Below, in pieces: positions 18,677 to 28,117 of a DNA stretch of 64,000 nucleotides (position 1 is its first letter; each line of letters starts with the position of its first letter). The translations under genes were made by a program, and so were the position numbers. The DNA is taken from NCBI GenBank assembly GCA_045606105.1, contig JAZURI010000010.1:32001-96000 (forward strand), written 5' to 3'. This DNA comes from Spirochaetia bacterium. Lineage in GTDB: Bacteria > Spirochaetota > Spirochaetia > CADAEX01. The notes beneath the pieces were generated by a model that saw only the letters and a list, made by a program, of their open reading frames with translations, was not told the origin of the DNA and made no database searches.

Positions 18677-19789
18677 TTAAGGCAGTTCAAGACTCCCCCA
18701 GGTTATGCGTCCCGAGGTACTGTCCAGATATGCTGCCGCTTCATTCTTGTTATTGACAAAATCTCCGTAATATGAACCGTATAACGGATCGTTTCTTACA
18801 GGCAGATCTGCCTCCCCATACATTTCCGCCGCTTCGTCCCTGAGAACGGAAAGGATGTTTTCAGGTCCCGGTGTCACGAAAAGCTCGTTTACCCGGCTGT
18901 TGTATGCAGCCCTGACCTCGGGTACGGATGTAAGCCGGCGTACCAGCTGATTGTCTCCCGAAAGATCGTAACCGCTTATATTGCTGTAGATACAGCTTTC
19001 ATTGTCCCAAGGCAGGAAGTAGAATTTTCCGTCAAAACAGATATAGAAATTTGTTCTGAAGGTATCCTTTACCGTAAGAAAATTATGCACTGCCAGATAG
19101 GATGCAAACTTCTCCACGTCCACATACCTGTTTACAAATTCTCTCCAGCCTTCATCCGATTTGGTTACACAGGCTGAAACAAGATGCTCCAGATTGGCAA
19201 AGTTGTCATCATCCGGGAATTTCTTTTCGGACAGGGATGCAAGGGGATTGTTTGCCCCCAGATCGTTATAATCCTCGAAATAGCACTTGAAAAGCTCTCC
19301 TGCTATCTCGTTTTCGTCATAGTAGGTGATGAAATTGTAGCATCCGATATATTCGTCGTTAAGGAAGAGGACTATGGTTTCGGTATCGCAGGCCGGAAGA
19401 CCCGCCAGCTGATAGGCCCGCATGGCAATCCTGTTATCCACACCACCGCCGGCCTGTCCCCTTTCAAGCACATATTTCTTTCCGTCTATCTTCAGCATGA
19501 AGGATTTCTTGGAATGCATTCTGGATGTATAGCCCCGGACCTTGATCTTTCCTTCTCCGGTCCAGCTCCCCTTTTCAATGCGGCATCTGGCATAGTCATC
19601 GGTAGAAACGGAACCGTAGAGAGTCTCGGTTTCCCGGTCTGTAAGATGGATCTTTACCTTGGAAACGCTCCCCACATCGGGATCGTCATTATCCGCAAGC
19701 CCCACGAACTCGCCGCAGGAAAAAATAAGAAGCGAAAGAACGGGAATTATGGCAAACTTCAGGATTTTACGCAAAAGCTTATACTCCAT
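18677..19789 (-). CDS. CotH kinase family lipoprotein (copy 1)
   Basis: Lipobox LIFS-C. KIKVRGYTSR...KKSF, LFLNDEYIGCY, VDVEKF..YL, D....NFY, FLPWDNE. Confidence 0.85.
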   Translation of the reverse strand: MEYKLLRKILKFAIIPVLSLLIFSCGEFVGLADNDDPDVGSVSKVKIHLTDRETETLYGSVSTDDYARCRIEKGSWTGEGKIKVRGYTSRMHSKKSFMLKIDGKKYVLERGQAGGGVDNRIAMRAYQLAGLPACDTETIVLFLNDEYIGCYNFITYYDENEIAGELFKCYFEDYNDLGANNPLASLSEKKFPDDDNFANLEHLVSACVTKSDEGWREFVNRYVDVEKFASYLAVHNFLTVKDTFRTNFYICFDGKFYFLPWDNESCIYSNISGYDLSGDNQLVRRLTSVPEVRAAYNSRVNELFVTPGPENILSVLRDEAAEMYGEADLPVRNDPLYGSYYGDFVNNKNEAAAYLDSTSGRITWGSLELP

Positions 19790-20784
19790 ATCGGTTCAAA
19801 ATCTGTTTCAAGTCCGCTGCCGTTGTCATAGGTATCGAACTGCACGCCCCCTTCCAGATGCATGAACACGTTGCGGCCGTGGAAATAGTTTCCAAGAAGG
19901 AGCTCCACACGGCGGCTGTCATCTATCCTGTCGATGTCCGGCATAAGGATACCGGCCCTGAAGGCAGGGGTGTATACAAAACGGGATGTACTGAAGTTAT
20001 AGCCCACGGATGCATCGGCCGCTGCGAAGAAGCTTTCCTCCTTGCCCGGAAAATGAAGCAGTCCCACGGGATCCACCAGATTGGTTCCGGCAGAGGCTTC
20101 GGCTGTAACAACCCAGCTTGTGGTATACATGAAATATTTCATATCAAAGAGGAAGTTGTTGTACTGATATTCGTCTCCGATTCCCAGAGCTGCCTGATGA
20201 ACTGCATAAGGAAGATAGGATGCCGTGAAGGCCAGGAAATGGCGGTCCGGCTCGAAGTTGTACATTCCTGTAAGGATAAACTGGGTTTCGTTGTGGGATG
20301 AATTGAAAAAGAAGGTGGCATCCAGTGTCAGATTATCTGTAAGAAAATTGTCATGCACATAGCGGATACCGGTGTCGTTTGAGGACCAGCCCAGCTTCTT
20401 CATGTATTCTACACCCGGGGAATCCATTTCGAAAACCTCGTATCTTTTCTTAACAAAGTCGTTCAGGTAAAGGTCTCTCTGGAAAATTCCCCCCTTTATC
20501 CAGCTCAGCTCGTCAAAGGCATAGACAACCGAAACCTCGTCCGGCTCCACATCCTTCCTGTCAATTTCCATGGAGAGAATGGTGGAAAGACGGTCGCTGA
20601 TCATATATTCGGCGGTAAAGGTCCCTTCCAGCTCGTATTCCAGATAATACTTGTCTCCGGTTACGTCGGAATCATCCAGCTTGAATTCCACTTCAGCATC
20701 AAACTTTATCCTGTCCTCCTTGGCTGCAAAGAGCGAAACGGAACAGAGTATCAAAACAGTAAATAAAATCAGTATCTTTTTCAT
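19759..20784 (-). CDS. putative outer-membrane beta-barrel, porin-like (copy 1)
   Basis: Signal peptide and alternating aromatic/hydrophobic beta-strands. Paralogous to 21880-22893. Confidence 0.6.
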   Translation of the reverse strand: MKKILILFTVLILCSVSLFAAKEDRIKFDAEVEFKLDDSDVTGDKYYLEYELEGTFTAEYMISDRLSTILSMEIDRKDVEPDEVSVVYAFDELSWIKGGIFQRDLYLNDFVKKRYEVFEMDSPGVEYMKKLGWSSNDTGIRYVHDNFLTDNLTLDATFFFNSSHNETQFILTGMYNFEPDRHFLAFTASYLPYAVHQAALGIGDEYQYNNFLFDMKYFMYTTSWVVTAEASAGTNLVDPVGLLHFPGKEESFFAAADASVGYNFSTSRFVYTPAFRAGILMPDIDRIDDSRRVELLLGNYFHGRNVFMHLEGGVQFDTYDNGSGLETDFEPIWSISFCVKS

Positions 20785-21896
20785 AACAGTCCTTTAACTA
20801 TATCTCCCCTGTTGCTGATAAAATATTTTATGTAATTTTTCATATTTGTAAAATCCTTTTCGGTATAACGGTAGCTTGGATCGTTCTTTACGGCAAGAAA
20901 AGCCTCGTCATACCATTTGTCCACCTGTGCCTTCAGCTCATTGAGAAAAGCTGTGTCATCGGCCAGATCTGTCATGGCCTGTTTGTAGGCGGTCCGTACC
21001 GAAGGAACAGTAAGTATACGGCGCTGGATTTTTCCGTCTCCGTAGATACGGCCTGAATTCAGCTCCATTCCCAGCTCGTTGTCCCAGGGGAGGAAAACCA
21101 TCTTTCCGTAATTGTACAGGTAGTAGTTCCAGTTTGCGGTATCGCCCACAGCAAAGAAATCGTGGACCACCATGTATCTGATGAAATTATCCACATCGAT
21201 ATGGGATTCCACCCACTCATTCCATTGGGCATCAGACATGTAGTTTGTGTTTACGATAAGGGTTTCCAGAGAAGAAAAATCGTCGTTATCGGGAAATTTC
21301 CTTTCGGAATTGGAACGGAGAGGATTTTCTTCAAAGCTCAGAAGCTCCACCTTGAACAGCTCCGACATGAAACCGCTTTTCCATGCCTCCAGCTGCTCCT
21401 GGCTGTACATGTCCACCTTGGCGTAGTAGCCGATGTACTTGTCATTGATATAAAGTGCCACTGCCTCTGTTTCAGGAGCAGGTGTAAGAGCCTCCCCCTT
21501 GTACATGAAGTTGTTGTAGGCATACATGACAATACGATTCTTCAGCCAGGTGAAATCCTCGTGCATAAGGGCATAATTTCCCTCGTGCATTCCCTCCTTT
21601 ATCCTCAGGGTAAAGTTCTTTTTCGGGTAACGGCGGGAGGTATTGCCTCTGACTCTCATGGTTCCCTCCACGTTCACGCCGTTGTTTACCGTAATGCGGC
21701 ACGGAGTGTGATCCTCCTCCGGAGGCGAAACGCTGTCGTAGAACCGTTCCATGTTCTCTTCCGAAAAATATACCTTTATCTTCTTTACATTTCCCACATC
21801 GGGATCGGTAAAATCGTCAAATCCGATGAATTCGCCGCAGGAAAAAAGAGAAAAAGATAGAATCAGAACTGTTAAAATCTTAATTCTTGATAACAA
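20781..21896 (-). CDS. CotH kinase family lipoprotein (copy 2)
   Basis: Lipobox SLFS-C. MRVRGNTSR..PKKNF, LYINDKYIGYY, IDVDNF.RY, D....NYYLY, FLPWDNE. Confidence 0.87.
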   Translation of the reverse strand: MLSRIKILTVLILSFSLFSCGEFIGFDDFTDPDVGNVKKIKVYFSEENMERFYDSVSPPEEDHTPCRITVNNGVNVEGTMRVRGNTSRRYPKKNFTLRIKEGMHEGNYALMHEDFTWLKNRIVMYAYNNFMYKGEALTPAPETEAVALYINDKYIGYYAKVDMYSQEQLEAWKSGFMSELFKVELLSFEENPLRSNSERKFPDNDDFSSLETLIVNTNYMSDAQWNEWVESHIDVDNFIRYMVVHDFFAVGDTANWNYYLYNYGKMVFLPWDNELGMELNSGRIYGDGKIQRRILTVPSVRTAYKQAMTDLADDTAFLNELKAQVDKWYDEAFLAVKNDPSYRYTEKDFTNMKNYIKYFISNRGDIVKGLL

Positions 21897-22893
21897 CTGA
21901 CACCGCCCATCTCAGTTCGAGCTTTGTTTTAAGATCATCATCCCCGAAGCCGTCATGCTTGGTAATGATTCCCAGGCCTCCGTCCAGATGGAGCTTGACA
22001 TTCTCCTTATAGGTGAACTGGTTTCCGAACAGTACTTCGAATTCGTTGCAGTCTGCCTCGGAGATCTCGGGAATAAAGGCAGTTCCTCTGAGCATCGGAA
22101 GCCAGCGTACGAAATCTGTAAGCTGTACATTGATACCGCCGTGGATATCGGCTCCGCCGAAGAAAGGATGCTCTGTATCTGCATCAAAGTTTATGTGCCC
22201 CATAGGATTGACCAGCCCGGAGCCCAATGTAAGCTCGGCACCGTAAATATATTTTCCACGGTAATCGGCATAGACCAGGTTGCCGTAGAAATTATCCCGG
22301 GGATAGTCCTTCTCGGATGCATCCCATTTCTTGTGATTCAGGAACGGATAATAGGAAACAAAGATTCCGGCCACCATTTCCTTATCGGGATCCTGACGGT
22401 AGAATCCGCCGCAGAGCTGAGGCTCCAGCTGGGAAGGAATGTAGAGCACATGGGCAAAACCGCCCCAGTTGTCTCCGCTTTCATCCCTGTATTCGTACTT
22501 GCCTCCGATGGCGCGGGAAATATAACCCTGATCCTTCAGTTCCCGGGTAATGATATTCTTTCTGGCAAAAGGACGGTCAAAGGAACCGATATAGTCGTCA
22601 AGAGTCAGGATATTCTCGAATTTACCCGCCTTTACGGAATGGTTTTCAAGAAAGGTATATTTTGCGGAAATCTCATCCACGTCCACCTCGTACTTGTCCA
22701 GCACAGGCTTGAACACCAGCTCTATATCATCGGTGGCATCAAACTTGAAACGGAGCTTTCCCTGAAGGTCGTAAAAATCGTCCTTATCCATTTCATCGTT
22801 GGACTCAATGCTGAACTCAGGCTTGATGGAAAACTGCGAGAATGCAGCAATCGGCACGGCAAACAAAACAAGAAACAAAACCAATTTTTTCAT
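21880..22893 (-). CDS. putative outer-membrane beta-barrel, porin O/P-like (copy 2)
   Basis: Signal peptide and beta-strand pattern. DEISAKY.F...HSVKAGKF.....LDD..GSFDRPF resembles the N-terminal strands of phosphate-selective porins. Confidence 0.6.
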   Translation of the reverse strand: MKKLVLFLVLFAVPIAAFSQFSIKPEFSIESNDEMDKDDFYDLQGKLRFKFDATDDIELVFKPVLDKYEVDVDEISAKYTFLENHSVKAGKFENILTLDDYIGSFDRPFARKNIITRELKDQGYISRAIGGKYEYRDESGDNWGGFAHVLYIPSQLEPQLCGGFYRQDPDKEMVAGIFVSYYPFLNHKKWDASEKDYPRDNFYGNLVYADYRGKYIYGAELTLGSGLVNPMGHINFDADTEHPFFGGADIHGGINVQLTDFVRWLPMLRGTAFIPEISEADCNEFEVLFGNQFTYKENVKLHLDGGLGIITKHDGFGDDDLKTKLELRWAVSVVIKN

Positions 22894-23990
22894 CTTTTCA
22901 ATATCTCCAAATATACTGATATAACTTTCTTTTCGTCAAATTTTTCTTCTGCAAGCATACGGCTCCTTCTGCCCATTTCCAACCTTTCTTCCCGGCTGAG
23001 AAGAATGAATTTCTTAAGCACACGATACAGGTCATCGGCAGATCTCGCCTCGGTTACATAGCCGTTTTCGCCGTCTGTAACTGTTTCCCTGCAGCCCGGC
23101 ATGTCGGTGGTGATTACCGGCCTTCCCATGGCAAGAGCCTCTATGAGAATCTTGGGAATTCCTTCCCTGTAGTAGGATGGAAGCACCACCGCACTGCAGG
23201 AGGCGATATAGGGTCTGACATCCTTGGTCTGGCCGCCGTAGTATGCCCCTTTATCAGGATCCAAGGCCTCCAACTCTGAAAGCCTGACTCCCATGGGATT
23301 GTCATTGTCCGCAGGGCCCAGAAGTACAAATTCCGAATCGGGAAACTCCTTTTTCAGCCTCCCTGCGGCCTCGATAAACTCGTTTATTCCCTTGTTTTTC
23401 AGCATTCGGGAAATGAGCATGAACTTCCTGGTATCGGGAACCGGCGAAAAATCAAACTTTTTAAGGTCAGCACCTGACCCGTTAACAAGATATACATTCC
23501 TTTCGCCGATTATTTTTTCATCGATAAAGAACTGACGGTCATCCGGGTTCTGGAAAATCACGGCAAAAGCCTTTCTGAAGGCCCACTTATAGAGCTGCTT
23601 CACTATGCGGTATGTCATGCCGGACGGATTGTCAAAGGCAGTTCCCAGTCCGTTTACGGTACAGGCTATCCTGATTCCGGCAAGCCGGCAGGCAATGGCA
23701 CTGTAGATATTGGTCTTTATGGTATAGGTAAAAACCATATCCGGCTTTATTTTCTTGTAGATTTTATAGTATTCAAGTATCAGGAAAAGATCTGAAAAAG
23801 GATTCTTTCCCTTTCTTTCCAGGTTCCTTACCTCGTGGAAAACAGTTCCCGGATTCTTTATGGAGGTGAAATTGGCGGCAGGTGCCACGGTGTGGACCTC
23901 ATATCCAAGCCCCTTCAGGGTTTCGATAAGACCGGCCCTGTGGTTGAAAACCGTCCATGCAGTATTTGAAGAAATGACCACCTTTTTCAT
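22890..23990 (-). CDS. glycosyltransferase family 4 (PglA/CapM-like)
   Basis: NT.W...NHR, YTIK.NIY, FQNPDD, NGSG.DL, SRML..KG..EF, LPSYYREG.P..L.EA.AMGRP.ITTD.PGC. Confidence 0.9.
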   Translation of the reverse strand: MKKVVISSNTAWTVFNHRAGLIETLKGLGYEVHTVAPAANFTSIKNPGTVFHEVRNLERKGKNPFSDLFLILEYYKIYKKIKPDMVFTYTIKTNIYSAIACRLAGIRIACTVNGLGTAFDNPSGMTYRIVKQLYKWAFRKAFAVIFQNPDDRQFFIDEKIIGERNVYLVNGSGADLKKFDFSPVPDTRKFMLISRMLKNKGINEFIEAAGRLKKEFPDSEFVLLGPADNDNPMGVRLSELEALDPDKGAYYGGQTKDVRPYIASCSAVVLPSYYREGIPKILIEALAMGRPVITTDMPGCRETVTDGENGYVTEARSADDLYRVLKKFILLSREERLEMGRRSRMLAEEKFDEKKVISVYLEILKR

Positions 23991-23991
23991 A

Positions 23992-25113
23992 TTATTTCAG
24001 AAGCTCCCTGTAAATATCCAGCGTTTCGGAAGCTCCTTTTTTCCAGGAGAATTCGCTTTCGCGCCTGTATCCCTTTTCTCTAAGTTCTTCCCTGAGTTCC
24101 CTGCTTTCTGCAATTTTCTTCATGGCCTCCGTAATTTCCCCGGTTTCAAGGGGATTTACCAGCAGGGCTGCATTTCCGGCAACTTCGGATGTGGAAGAAA
24201 AGTCTGAAGTTATGACAGGAGCGCCGCATTTCATGGCCTCCAGGATAGGAAGCCCGAAGCCTTCGTAGAGGGACGGAAGACAGTATGCCATGGCTCCGGA
24301 ATAAAGCGTATATTTGTCATCGTCGGAAACATAGCCGGTAAAGATAATGTCCCTGCGGTCAGTTCCGGCAGAAACAAAGCTCTTGTGAAGCTTGCCGGCC
24401 ACCACCAGACGGAGCTCTGCCAGGGAAGGATTCTCCTCCTTCAGCTTAATGAAGGCATCGATTGTCCTGCCGATATTCTTGTGAGGTCTCAGCTCTCCCA
24501 GATAAAGGAAATAAGGCTTGTCCAGAGAGAAATTTCTGTAGATTTCCTCATTTTTTTCCATTTTAACCGTTGCAGCCTCGTAAACCACCCTTGCTTTTTC
24601 CGTTTTTTTCCTCAGGGAAGGAAAAACTTTTATAAGGTCATTTTTTGTGGATTCTGATACGGAAATGATGCTGTCGCACCTTTTTACCGCATTTTTCATC
24701 AGATTCCTGAGATAAAGGGATTTGAGTCCCCCCTTGTTGCCGAAAAATTCGGGATGGAGAATATATTTCAGGTCATGGATTGTGACCATCTGTTTTCCTC
24801 TGAAAAAAAGAGGATGATTTGAATAGAGACAATGAAAAAGATCGCACCTGAGCTCTGCTCCGTGCTTCAGGAAAAGAAGATCTCTTTTAAGACCGATGGC
24901 AGGAATATCAAAAACCTTGACTTCAGTATTGTTCATCCCTGCAAGCATGACAATGAATGGGTGATCCTTCTTTAGCGACGGATTTACCATAACTGTAAAA
25001 CGGTAATCTTCAGGTGCAGCCGGAAGAAGCTCCCTGAGCAGTTCCTCCACGTACTGACCTACTCCGGTCCGGCCGTTTTCCACAGCCAGGGCATCAAGAA
25101 TTATATGCTTCAT
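23992..25113 (-). CDS. glycosyltransferase family 4 (MtfB/WbaZ-like)
   Basis: TGVGQY, VTIHDL, SVSESTK.D, PHKN, PSLYEGFGLPILEAM.CG.PV. Confidence 0.9.
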   Translation of the reverse strand: MKHIILDALAVENGRTGVGQYVEELLRELLPAAPEDYRFTVMVNPSLKKDHPFIVMLAGMNNTEVKVFDIPAIGLKRDLLFLKHGAELRCDLFHCLYSNHPLFFRGKQMVTIHDLKYILHPEFFGNKGGLKSLYLRNLMKNAVKRCDSIISVSESTKNDLIKVFPSLRKKTEKARVVYEAATVKMEKNEEIYRNFSLDKPYFLYLGELRPHKNIGRTIDAFIKLKEENPSLAELRLVVAGKLHKSFVSAGTDRRDIIFTGYVSDDDKYTLYSGAMAYCLPSLYEGFGLPILEAMKCGAPVITSDFSSTSEVAGNAALLVNPLETGEITEAMKKIAESRELREELREKGYRRESEFSWKKGASETLDIYRELLK

Positions 25114-25114
25114 T

Positions 25115-25933
25115 CTAAAATCTCCTGAATTGTCTGAAAAAGAATTTTATACGGCGCATGTTCTTGACTCCGTTGGCAAAAGACTTGAAGAAACGGCTTT
25201 TTCTTTTAAGTCCCCGGTAAAATTCGATAACTGCAGAAACAGGACTTCTGTCACCGCCTGTGCTGCCGAACCAGTTTTCCCTGTTCAGTTCGAACCGGCC
25301 TGAAATAGTTTCCTGAAACTCCTTGTTCTGAGGAATGCATACCGGTTTTATACCGTAGAGACGTACATCTATACCAAGCCTGTTGCCTGTAAGCCAGTCT
25401 GCCGGCATACGGATGGGAAAACCTGCGGCAAGAAGCTTTTTCGCACCGCTGAGTTTAATAAGGTAACCGCTGGTCCAGTTGGGATTTTCCACAAAGCGGA
25501 CAATATGATATTTTCCGAAAAGCCTCTGCCTATCCCAGACAGAAGAAACCGCATTGTTATGGGAAAGGAACATAAGTTCCCAGTCCTCAGGAAACTCCGG
25601 CTCTCGACTTAGGATTTCCGGCAGTTCATCACAGAGAATCACATCATCCTCCAGAATCAGCGCCTCTTCGATATTATCCTCAACCATTTTCCTGTAGATA
25701 TTGAGATGGCTCCAGGAACAGCCTATTTCTCCCCTTGTCAGCTCCCGGCCGAAAAATGATACGGAGCCCTCGGAGTCATATCCGGCATCAACTTCTGCCT
25801 GAGACAGCTTACGCCCGTCCACTGCCGGAAATATTTCAAAAGGGATTCCTAACTTATCAAGCTGTGCCGATATAAATTCCCGTCTGTCGGCAGAGCTTTC
25901 AAGATTGACTACAAAAACCGGGGGAAATTTCAT
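25115..25933 (-). CDS. glycosyltransferase family 25 (LgtB/Lex2B-like)
   Basis: FVVNL..S.DRR, F.AVDG, LT.GEIGC..SH, ALILEDD, T.GY.I...GA.KL, P.D. Confidence 0.9.
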   Translation of the reverse strand: MKFPPVFVVNLESSADRREFISAQLDKLGIPFEIFPAVDGRKLSQAEVDAGYDSEGSVSFFGRELTRGEIGCSWSHLNIYRKMVEDNIEEALILEDDVILCDELPEILSREPEFPEDWELMFLSHNNAVSSVWDRQRLFGKYHIVRFVENPNWTSGYLIKLSGAKKLLAAGFPIRMPADWLTGNRLGIDVRLYGIKPVCIPQNKEFQETISGRFELNRENWFGSTGGDRSPVSAVIEFYRGLKRKSRFFKSFANGVKNMRRIKFFFRQFRRF

Positions 25934-26655
25934 TTCTTATCCTCCGAAAAAATTGGTGCCGGAGAAAAGTCCTCTATGAGAAATTCCCTTTTGTCGCGGC
26001 TCCACTGCTTATAGCCGTGGGTAAAGACATTCTCTCCGTAAAAGGTCTTAAGAACATCCCTGTTATGAGGCACCGGAACTGTACGATGATAGAAGCGGCA
26101 TTCCGCAAGGGGATAGATATCTTTCTTAGGATAGACTCTGCGAAGTCCCTTGGTTACGAAAACGATATTGTCATTCTCCTCGTTGCCCCAGATTATATCC
26201 ACATGGAGAGAGTTCTTTCTGCTGAACTGAAGCTGCAGGCACTCCTCCCTTTCTTCAAGGTAATAATGGGTTCCGGAAAGAGCCTTTTCCAGAAGATCCT
26301 TCACCTTTTCCTTGTCCCTGCGAAGCACTCCGATATCTCCGTCGGTTTCCCACGGATTGAAGCCGCCGTGCCTTACAGCCCCCAGATGAGTTCCTATGAT
26401 GGCAAACCATTCCACCGAATTTGCATCCAGGAGATCTCCCAGAAAGGTAAGCAGCTCATAGAGATGATTTATACAGCATACGGGAGAATTCTTACCCTTT
26501 CTTTCGTAATAGAAGTTGATGCTCCACGGATTTTCGTCGCACCTGGCAGTAACGGAGGTGCATACCTTGTCACGCCTGAAAAAGAGAAGGTACCGCAGAA
26601 AAAGACGGCATAAAAGAAGAGTTCCTTTCTGTATTCTCCTGATGAATTTCCTCAA
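25930..26655 (-). CDS. LicD family phosphotransferase
   Basis: GTHLGAVRHGGFNPWETDGDIG, HVDI, IYPL....F.......P.....L..FYG. Confidence 0.85.
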   Translation of the reverse strand: MRKFIRRIQKGTLLLCRLFLRYLLFFRRDKVCTSVTARCDENPWSINFYYERKGKNSPVCCINHLYELLTFLGDLLDANSVEWFAIIGTHLGAVRHGGFNPWETDGDIGVLRRDKEKVKDLLEKALSGTHYYLEEREECLQLQFSRKNSLHVDIIWGNEENDNIVFVTKGLRRVYPKKDIYPLAECRFYHRTVPVPHNRDVLKTFYGENVFTHGYKQWSRDKREFLIEDFSPAPIFSEDKK

Positions 26656-26657
26656 AA

Positions 26658-28115
26658 TTAATCCTTTTTTCCCTTTTTTCTGACTATATTAATCAGATAC
26701 TGAAGACATTCCAGCCTTAAGATCCATGCCATAGCAAAATATACGACAATACCGGCAAAGGCCTGAACCATCATCAAAGGCAGATATCCAAGTCCTGGAA
26801 TCCTTATACTCATTATAATAAGCCCCATCAAAGCCGACAAGCCTATAAACGGAATAACATCCGCAAGCTGCTCCCTGAGGCTGTATCCGATAAGCTTTCT
26901 GTTGGGAAGGGCTCCGATAAGGATTGAAATCAATGTGGTGAAGGCATCAAAAATAACCACCGCTTCCAGGCTTCTGAAAACAAAGGCTGCAACACAGAAA
27001 CCGGCAATCATTATGATTTTCTTGGCAACCTCGATACGTAGAAGGATTTTTCCCTCCCCCATGGCCTTGAGAACCTGAAGATTGGTACTCTGCAGAGGCC
27101 AGAAGGCAAACTTTATACAGGCCCACTGAAGGAAGAAAACACAAGGAAGCCATTTTTCGGTAAGAAGAACAATAACCAGCGGTCTGGCAACCACGGCAAG
27201 CCCCGCCATTGCGGGAATCACCAGGAAAGAGCTGGTAACAATGGCCCGCCGCACCATTTTCTTCAGCTTGGCTTCATCCTCCTGGAACGAAGCAAGGGCC
27301 GGAAACATGACCGACTGTATGGGACCGTCAAGATTGGAAACTATGAACTGAGGGAAGGTAATACCCTTGTTGTAGATTCCCAGGGCGGCGGATGAAAAGC
27401 TTTTTCCGATTATGAGGCTGCAGAAGTCGTTATAGACATAATGAAGCATAGATGCCAGGAAGGTTCTTCCCCCGAAGGAGAACAGAGATTTCAGCCTGGT
27501 AAGGGAAAAAAGCAGTTTAGGCTTCCATTTTATCAGATACCACATGATAAGGTTCTGACAGGTATAGCTGGTTATTTTCTGACCTACCAGAGCCCAGACA
27601 CCGAAGCCGGCATAGGCCATCCAGATTCCCACAAAGGCGGAAACAATAACCCCGGATATGACTATCTTGAAGGATTTCTTGAAAGCCATGTTCCTGGAAA
27701 GGATGGCATGCTGTATGGAATTCAGGGTTCCAAGGAAAATTACCGCCGAAAGGACCCTGAGAACAGGCTTTATTTCGGGAAGCTTGTAGAAACCGGCAAT
27801 GAAAGGAGCTGCAAACCACAGTATGATATAGGTTACGGCAGAGAATGCGATACTGAAGAAGAATACCGAGGAAAAGTCCATGTCATCCGCGTTCTTCTTC
27901 TGTACCAGTGCAACCGAAAAGCCGTTTTCAATGAATATAACGGCAATATCGATGAACACCATCACCAGAACTACGATACCGTAGTCCCTCGGAGCCAGAA
28001 GACGGGCCAGAATAATGGAAATGACAAAGGTTATCCCTTTCTTTCCTATCCTTTCAAAGGCCTTCCAGAAAAGAGAACTTATTATGGTTTTTCTTGTTAC
28101 CGGGTTGCTGCTCAT
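26658..28115 (-). CDS. wzx: polysaccharide flippase Wzx (WzxC-like)
   Basis: LARLL.P.DYG, G...ALVQKK, W.PKL.FS..RLK.LF.FG, IIGK.FS...LG.Y, LLTEKW.P; many TM segments. Confidence 0.88.
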   Translation of the reverse strand: MSSNPVTRKTIISSLFWKAFERIGKKGITFVISIILARLLAPRDYGIVVLVMVFIDIAVIFIENGFSVALVQKKNADDMDFSSVFFFSIAFSAVTYIILWFAAPFIAGFYKLPEIKPVLRVLSAVIFLGTLNSIQHAILSRNMAFKKSFKIVISGVIVSAFVGIWMAYAGFGVWALVGQKITSYTCQNLIMWYLIKWKPKLLFSLTRLKSLFSFGGRTFLASMLHYVYNDFCSLIIGKSFSSAALGIYNKGITFPQFIVSNLDGPIQSVMFPALASFQEDEAKLKKMVRRAIVTSSFLVIPAMAGLAVVARPLVIVLLTEKWLPCVFFLQWACIKFAFWPLQSTNLQVLKAMGEGKILLRIEVAKKIIMIAGFCVAAFVFRSLEAVVIFDAFTTLISILIGALPNRKLIGYSLREQLADVIPFIGLSALMGLIIMSIRIPGLGYLPLMMVQAFAGIVVYFAMAWILRLECLQYLINIVRKKGKKD

Positions 28116-28117
28116 TG

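Noticed and set aside
21955-23061. 368-aa plus-strand ORF opposite barrel 2
   Set aside because: The minus-strand ORF has a signal peptide, a paralog and operon coupling; this one has none of these.
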